This document shows, one piece after another, positions 59,315-64,000 of a stretch of DNA of 64,000 bases. Source of the DNA: an uncultured Chloroflexia bacterium (GTDB lineage: Bacteria; Chloroflexota; Limnocylindria; QHBO01). How positions within the stretch are numbered: position 1 is the first letter of the stretch; each line of letters begins with the position of its first letter. The position numbers and the translations under genes were made by a program. The notes beneath the pieces were generated by a model. The model saw only the letters and a list, made by a program, of their open reading frames with translations. It had not been told where the DNA came from and ran no database searches. Location: positions 468,166-532,165 of the forward strand of contig CAWAHY010000004.1 in the NCBI GenBank assembly GCA_963782015.1. Reading direction: 5' to 3'.

Positions 59315-60638
59315 TCAGCCCGATCCGCGCACGATCATCTGGGCCCGCTCCGGACCCACCGAGATCAGCCCGATCGGCACGCCGGCCAGCTCCTCCAACC
59401 GCTCGACGTACGCCGCGCGCCGCCGCCGGCAGCTGGTCGAAGGCGCGGCAGCCGGTCGTATCGGCCTGCCAGCCGGGAAGGTCCTGGTAGACCGGCTCCA
59501 ACCGTTCATAGACCGATGTGGAGGCAGGCACCGTCGTCCACTCGCGCCCGTCGGCCGGGTCGCGGTACGCGACGCAGACGCGGATCCGCTCGAAGCCGTC
59601 GAGCACGTCGAGCTTGGTGAGGGCGATGCTCGAGTAGCCGGCCAGCCGGACGCTGAAGCGAACCGCCACCGCGTCGTACCAGCCGCAGCGCCGCGGCCGC
59701 CCGGTCGAGGTGCCGTACTCGACGCCCCGTTCGCGGAGCGCCTCCCCTGGCGCGTCGAGCAGCTCGGTCGGGAGGGGACCGGCCCCCACGGCCGTGGTGT
59801 ACGCCTTGGCCACGCCGATCACCTGGTCGATCGCCACCGCCGGCAGCCCCGCCCCGATCGAGGCGCCGCCCGGGATCGGCGAGGACGAGGTGACGTACGG
59901 GTAGGTCCCCCAGTCGATGTCGCGCATCGTGCCGAGCTGGCCCTCCAGCAGGATCCGCTCCCCGGCCACCAGCGCCGCGTCGACCATCGCCTGGCCGTCC
60001 ACGACGTGCGGGCGCAGCCGCTCGGCGGCGGCCAGGTACTCGGCCGCGATCCGCGCCTCGTCGGTCGCCTCCTGGATCGTGGCGCGCAGCTCGTCGTCCT
60101 CGCCGCCGGCCCCGAAGTAGCCCTCCACGATCCGGCGCACCCGACGCAGGGCGATGGGGAGCTGCGCCCGGAAGGCATCGGGCTCCATCAGGTCGACCAC
60201 CCGGATGCCCCGGCGCGCGACCTTGTCCACGTAGGCGGGACCGATGCCACGGCTGGTGGTCCCGATCTTCGCGCTGCCCCGCTCACGCTCGTCGAGCTGG
60301 TCGAGGAGGATGTGGTACGGCATCACCAGGTGGGCGCGGTCGCTGATGAACAGGTTCGCCCCGTCGAACCCGACCGCGGCCAGGCCGTCGAGCTCGGCGA
60401 CGAGGGCCGGCGGGTTGATCACCACGCCCCCGCCGAGCAGGTTGCGCGTCCCCGGATAGAAGATGCCCGACGGGATCAGGTGCAGCTTGAAGTGGCCGTG
60501 GGGGTTCACCACCGTGTGGCCGGCGTTGTTGCCGCCGCCGTAGCGGATCACCAGGTCGGCGTCGGTGGCCAGGTAGTCGACGACCCTGCCCTTCCCCTCG
60601 TCGCCCCACTGGGCGCCGACGACGGCGATGACGGACAT
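59315..60638 (-). CDS. purA: adenylosuccinate synthetase, frame interrupted near the 3' end
   Basis: ATG 60638 (MSVIAVVGAQWGDEGKGRVVDYLA ... GGGNNAGHTV ... KIGTTSRGIGPAY ... GTSTGRPRRCGWYD ... LTKLDVLDG) in the frame of ORF 59154-60869 up to ...LPGWQADTTGCRAFDQLPAAAR. The last ~35 aa (AAYVERLEELAGVPIGLISVGPERAQMIV) are in the frame of ORF 59315-59509. Switch near 59440. Confidence 0.85.
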
Positions 60639-60763
60639 GGGCGGCCGATGACCTCGGTGCGTGGCGGAGCAGCATCGTAGCGCCGGAGCCTGGGGCGGGA
60701 AGCGCGAACGCCGCCTGGGCGGGCGGCGTTCGCATCGGTATGGACGGAAGGCAGGCGGACCGC

Positions 60764-61075
60764 TCAGGTCCGCATGGCGCGCACCTTGTCGAAGCAGCTG
60801 CTGCAGTAGACCGGGCGGTCGTTCCGCGGCAGGAATGGGACGAGCGCCTGTCCGCCGCACTCGGCGCACACGGCTGCGTGCATCTCGCGCTGGCCCGACC
60901 CGCCACCCCCCGAGCTGATCCCGAGCGCGCGGTTCTGCTTGGCCACCGCACGGCAGCTCGGACAGCGTTGCGGCTCGTTGACGAGCCCCTTCTCGGCGTA
61001 GAACTGCTGCTCACCGGCGGAGAAGACGAAGTCCATCCCGCAGTCGCGGCAGCTGATGGTCTTGTCGGCGTACAC
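60764..61075 (-). CDS. small protein with two zf-trcl-type zinc-ribbon motifs
   Basis: GTG 61075 preceded by GGAGG. (M)YADKTISCRDCGMDFVFSAGEQQFYAEKGLVNEPQRCPSCR, then a second CAECGGQALVPF...PVYCSSCF motif, matching the CxxCGxxFxFxxxEQxFYxxKGxxNxPxRCxxCR pattern of the family. The upstream part of the 148-aa ORF overlaps purA and was trimmed. Confidence 0.55.
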   Translation of the reverse strand: MYADKTISCRDCGMDFVFSAGEQQFYAEKGLVNEPQRCPSCRAVAKQNRALGISSGGGGSGQREMHAAVCAECGGQALVPFLPRNDRPVYCSSCFDKVRAMRT

Positions 61076-61234
61076 CCCTACCCCTCCAACCTCGCCCGGG
61101 CCGATCTGGACGGTGCTGTTCCTCGGGCTCAGGCTGATCGGCGACGACGCGCTGGATCGGTCGGACTCGGGTAGAGCATTGGACCGGACGTTCCGCGGCC
61201 GACTATACACACGGCCCTGCGGCCTGCCTAGAGG

Positions 61235-62584
61235 CTAGTAGGTCACCGCTTCGGTCTCGCGGGCGGCCATCGTGTAGAAGCGGGTGTTGGTCTTGCGGAA
61301 CTGGAGGCTGATCTCGCCGATGGGTCCGTTGCGGTGCTTGGCCACCTTGGCGCGGATCGTCTCGACGTCGCCCTCCGGCATCGCCTCCGCCTCGCGGTAC
61401 AGGAAGATCACCACGTCGGCGTCCTGCTCGATGCTGCCCGATTCGCGCAGGTCCGAGAGGCGCGGCTCGGCAGACCCTCGCTGCTCCACGCCGCGGGAGA
61501 GCTGCGACAGGGCGATCACGGGCACCTTCAGCTCCCGGGAGAGCTGCTTGAGGCCACGGCTGATCTCGCTCACCTCCTGGACCCGGTTCGGCTCGCGCTG
61601 CGAGAGGCTGCCCTGCATCAGCTGCAGGTAGTCGACGATGAGCAGGTCGAGGCCGTGCTGTTCAGCCTCAAGGCGCCGCGCCTTGGTCCGCAGCTCCAGC
61701 ACGGTGAGCACCGGCGAGTCGTCGATCCACATCGGCGCGGCGTGCATCAGGTTCATCACCTGGGCGATCTTCGACCAGTCGGTCTCGTCGACGAAGCCGC
61801 TCTGCAGGGGCCGCGGGTTGATCCCCGACTCCGCCGAGAGGAGCCGCAGGGCCAGCTGCTCCTTGCTCATCTCGAGCGAGAAGACGCCCACCTTCTTGCC
61901 CTCGTGGACGGCGGCGTGCTGCGCGATGTTGAGCGCCAGGCTCGTCTTCCCCACGCTCGGCCGCGCGGCCAGGATGATCAGGTCCGACGGCTGGAAGCCG
62001 CCGAGGAGGGCGTCGAGCTGCGAGAGGCCGCTCGGGATGCCGAGCAGCTGGCCGCGGTGCTCGTGCAGGTACTCGAGCCGGTCGTACGCCTGGCCGAGCA
62101 GGGTGGCCAGCGACTCGAAGCCGCCCACCGTGCGACGCTGGCTGATCTCGAACAGGATCCCCTCGGCGCGGTCGATCGCCGCCTCGGCGTCGTTCGCCTC
62201 CTCGTAGCCGACCGCCGCGATCTTGCCGGCCGCCCCGATCAGGTTGCGGAGCACCGCCTTGCGCTCGACGATCCGCCCGTAGTGCTCGACGTGCACCGCG
62301 GTCGGCACCATGTTCATCAGGCTGGCCAGGTAGGCCGGCCCGCCGATCGGCTCGAGCCGATCGCGCCGCGCCAGCTCGTCCCCCAGCGTCACCAGGTCGA
62401 TCGGCTCGCGCTGGCCGTGGAGGCCGAGCATGGCCTCGTAGATGTCGGAGTGCTGCTGGCGGTAGAAGTCAGGCGGGTGCAGGAACTCGGCGACCTTGAG
62501 GATCGCCTCGGGGTCGATCAAAATCGAGCCGAGCACGCTCTGCTCGGCCTCGACCGCCTGTGGCGCCAGCTTGTCGATGCTCAT
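61235..62584 (-). CDS. dnaB: replicative DNA helicase DnaB (no intein)
   Basis: 449 aa. N-terminal DnaB domain (PQAVEAEQSVLGSILIDP). Walker A (ARPSVGKTSLALNIA). Walker B / RecA fold (LIVDYLQLM ... SQLSRGVEQR ... ESGSIEQDADVV). Confidence 0.9.
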   Translation of the reverse strand: MSIDKLAPQAVEAEQSVLGSILIDPEAILKVAEFLHPPDFYRQQHSDIYEAMLGLHGQREPIDLVTLGDELARRDRLEPIGGPAYLASLMNMVPTAVHVEHYGRIVERKAVLRNLIGAAGKIAAVGYEEANDAEAAIDRAEGILFEISQRRTVGGFESLATLLGQAYDRLEYLHEHRGQLLGIPSGLSQLDALLGGFQPSDLIILAARPSVGKTSLALNIAQHAAVHEGKKVGVFSLEMSKEQLALRLLSAESGINPRPLQSGFVDETDWSKIAQVMNLMHAAPMWIDDSPVLTVLELRTKARRLEAEQHGLDLLIVDYLQLMQGSLSQREPNRVQEVSEISRGLKQLSRELKVPVIALSQLSRGVEQRGSAEPRLSDLRESGSIEQDADVVIFLYREAEAMPEGDVETIRAKVAKHRNGPIGEISLQFRKTNTRFYTMAARETEAVTY

Positions 62585-62664
62585 GGCGGGACCGATGGTG
62601 CCCGAGCCAGAGACCGGCGCCTACCCGTCCGAGCGCTCCGCGCTGTCGATATCCGGCGCCGCTT

Positions 62665-62691
62665 TGTGGACAACCGGATTCCTGTGGATAA
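62665..62691. promoter_or_regulatory. two DnaA-box-like 9-mers in the dnaB upstream region
   Basis: TGTGGACAA at 62665-62673 is the reverse complement of TTGTCCACA. TGTGGATAA at 62683-62691 is the reverse complement of TTATCCACA, the canonical box. Same orientation, 18-bp centre spacing, about 80-100 nt upstream of the dnaB ATG. Confidence 0.4.
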
Positions 62692-62735
62692 GCGCGTGGG
62701 CTGGCCGCTCATGCCCGACAGGATCGGGCGCGGCC

Positions 62736-62755
62736 GTGACAGCTTGGCTGTCGCG
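62736..62755 (-). terminator. weak hairpin just downstream of rplI (possible terminator or attenuator ahead of the dnaB promoter)
   Basis: GTGACAGC-ttg-GCTGTCGC imperfect inverted repeat immediately 3' of the rplI stop. No U-tract. Confidence 0.2.
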
Positions 62756-62757
62756 CG

Positions 62758-63201
62758 CTAGAGCGCCACCACGCTGACCGTCAGCTCGGCGTCGACGCCG
62801 GGCATCAGCCGCACGTCCACCTTGAAGTCACCCAGGGTCTTGATCGGCTCGCGCAGGTGGATGGAGTGGCGGTCCACCTCGATCCCCTCCTTGGCGATCA
62901 GCTCGGCGATCTCGCGGTTGGTGACCGATCCGAAGAGGCGGTTCTTTTCACCGGCCTTGACCGCGACCTCGAGCTTCAGCTCGCGCAGGCGCCCCGCAGT
63001 GGCCTCTGCCTCGCCCTTCAATCCCTGCTCGCGCGCCTCTCGCTCGCCGCGGTGCCGCTCCCAGTTCTTGAGCGCACCCGCGTCGGCGATCGCCGCGGCG
63101 CCGCTCGGGAAGAGGAAGTTGCGGGCGTAGCCGTCCTTCACGTCCTTCACGTCGCCGGCGTGGCCGAGCCCCTTCACGTCGCGCTTGAGGATCACCTTCA
63201 T
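62758..63201 (-). CDS. rplI: 50S ribosomal protein L9
   Basis: 147-aa C-terminal part of ORF 62758-63786 from ATG 63201. MKVILKRDVKGLGHAGDVKDVKDGYARNFLFP ... NRLFGSVTNREIAELI. Confidence 0.9.
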   Translation of the reverse strand: MKVILKRDVKGLGHAGDVKDVKDGYARNFLFPSGAAAIADAGALKNWERHRGEREAREQGLKGEAEATAGRLRELKLEVAVKAGEKNRLFGSVTNREIAELIAKEGIEVDRHSIHLREPIKTLGDFKVDVRLMPGVDAELTVSVVAL

Positions 63202-63230
63202 GCTGTCAGCCGGTTCCTTTCGTCTCTTGA

Positions 63231-63944
63231 TCAGTTGAGTCGCAGGTCGCGGCTGCCCTCGGCGCCGGCGGCCTCCAGCTCCAGGTCGGCCGGCGGGGCA
63301 GCGGACGACTCCTCGACCGAGATCGGCTCGGCGTCCGACGAGCGCACGCGCGCGTCGCGCACCTTCGCCAGCAGACCCTTGACCGCCCGTGGATCGCGGA
63401 GGTCGCCGTAGCGCTCGAGCATCTCCGGCAGGGCATCGCGGATCGTGTCGTAGCGGCGGCCCATGATCGAGCGCAGCCGCGCCAGGTCGCGGTCCAGGTC
63501 GGCCGTCCCGTCGTGGGCTCGCTCCATATGCTCGCGACGGACCTCCGCGGGGGCATTCGCGATGAACAGGTCGAGCACCAGCAGCAGGACCGTCAGGTCG
63601 TCGGCCTGGCCGAGGATCGGGATGGCATCGGGGATCAGGTCGAAGGGCATCACCAGGTACGCGAGCGAGGCCCCCAGCAGGGCCTTGAGGTGCAGCGGCG
63701 TGCGGGGATCGCGGACGAGGCCCCAGATCACGCGCGCGTACATCGGGAGCTTCCAGATCAGTCGCGCCAGGCGCACGGAGCGCCATCGGCCGGAGAAGTT
63801 CAAGCGGGCCTCCGGTTCGGAGTCGAGGTGGGGCGCGATGATAGCAGAGGGGCGGTCGCCATCGGTTGACATTAGAACGTCTGTTCTGCTATGGTCGAAC
63901 GGCATGTCCGTGCACCGCACAAGGAGCAGCCGATGACCAGGCAT
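63231..63944 (-). CDS. DUF1232 (YkvA-like) domain membrane protein
   Basis: LVRDPRTPLHLKALLGASLAYLVMPFDLIPDAIPILGQADDLTVLLLVLDLF is the DUF1232 core. Acidic C-terminal tail. Start is uncertain. Confidence 0.6.
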   Translation of the reverse strand: MPGHRLLLVRCTDMPFDHSRTDVLMSTDGDRPSAIIAPHLDSEPEARLNFSGRWRSVRLARLIWKLPMYARVIWGLVRDPRTPLHLKALLGASLAYLVMPFDLIPDAIPILGQADDLTVLLLVLDLFIANAPAEVRREHMERAHDGTADLDRDLARLRSIMGRRYDTIRDALPEMLERYGDLRDPRAVKGLLAKVRDARVRSSDAEPISVEESSAAPPADLELEAAGAEGSRDLRLN

Positions 63945-64000
63945 GACGCCGAGCGTCGGAAGAAGATCCTCGAATGCATCGCCCGCACCGTCGCGGAGCG
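63933..64000 (+). CDS. 5' end of a probable TetR/AcrR-like regulator (partial, runs off the window end)
   Basis: AAGGAG 6 nt upstream of ATG 63933. MTRHDAERRKKILECIARTVAE resembles the start of a TetR-family HTH. Only 22 codons are visible. Confidence 0.3.
   Translation, partial: MTRHDAERRKKILECIARTVAE

Noticed and set aside
4349-60638. Interpreting the many disrupted genes as genome decay of a host-restricted organism
   Set aside because: The disrupted genes show no other degeneration, such as internal stops within frames or loss of motifs. Intact housekeeping genes are interspersed, and one shift coincides with a homopolymer. Sequence indel error is more parsimonious, but it cannot be excluded from sequence alone (see first finding).
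61235-62584. Intein in DnaB
   Set aside because: DnaB here is 449 aa and contiguous with Walker A, Walker B and RecA-fold motifs at normal spacing. There is no insertion.
1-64000. Search for CRISPR arrays, IS elements, transposases, integrases and phage genes
   Set aside because: No regularly spaced direct repeats with unique spacers were seen. No transposase, integrase or phage structural protein signatures appear in any frame. The only repeated DNA is the paralogous C-terminal module of the two secreted proteins.

Overview
This is a very GC-rich chromosomal segment (roughly 70% or more by eye; third codon positions are almost all G/C). It is densely coding, and most of it lies in long minus-strand operons whose genes meet at 4-nt overlaps (GTGA/ATGA). 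Gene content points to a high-GC monoderm, for example Actinomycetota-like: UPF0182, a GuaB3-like IMPDH paralog, a GlgE maltosyltransferase, an F420-type LLM oxidoreductase, LCP ligase, rplI-dnaB and lipobox lipoproteins.

The window holds four blocks.
- 1.7-18 kb: a cell-envelope glycopolymer locus. It has LCP ligase, glycosyltransferases, an O-antigen-ligase-like membrane protein, a priming sugar-phosphate transferase, a polyprenol-P glycosyltransferase, and a complete WbpA/B/E/D/I-like pathway for UDP-2,3-diacetamido-2,3-dideoxy-mannuronic acid. In the same operon chain sit rph, rdgB, mazG and a PrsA/SurA-like foldase. A tRNA-Pro lies in the middle.
- 18-24 kb: a GT1 gene and two paralogous secreted multidomain proteins, one a GH18 hydrolase. 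Both end in an unrecognised tandem ~80-aa module.
- 24-32 kb: mreB-mreC, then glgB, malQ and glgE.
- 33-61 kb: a dispersed purine cluster (purN/M/F, purL/Q/S/C, purB/E, purD, purA, guaA, GuaB3-like) interleaved with zinc-ribbon membrane proteins, a GGDEF/HD-GYP protein, an LLM oxidoreductase and a UPF0182 membrane protein. It ends with a zf-trcl protein, dnaB with two upstream DnaA boxes, rplI and a DUF1232 protein.

The most unexpected property is about 20 reading-frame disruptions in otherwise well-conserved genes, several of them essential (purA/B/D/L/M, glgB, glgE, wecB-like and others). No CRISPR array, transposase or integrase was found. Coordinates of starts are approximate where noted.
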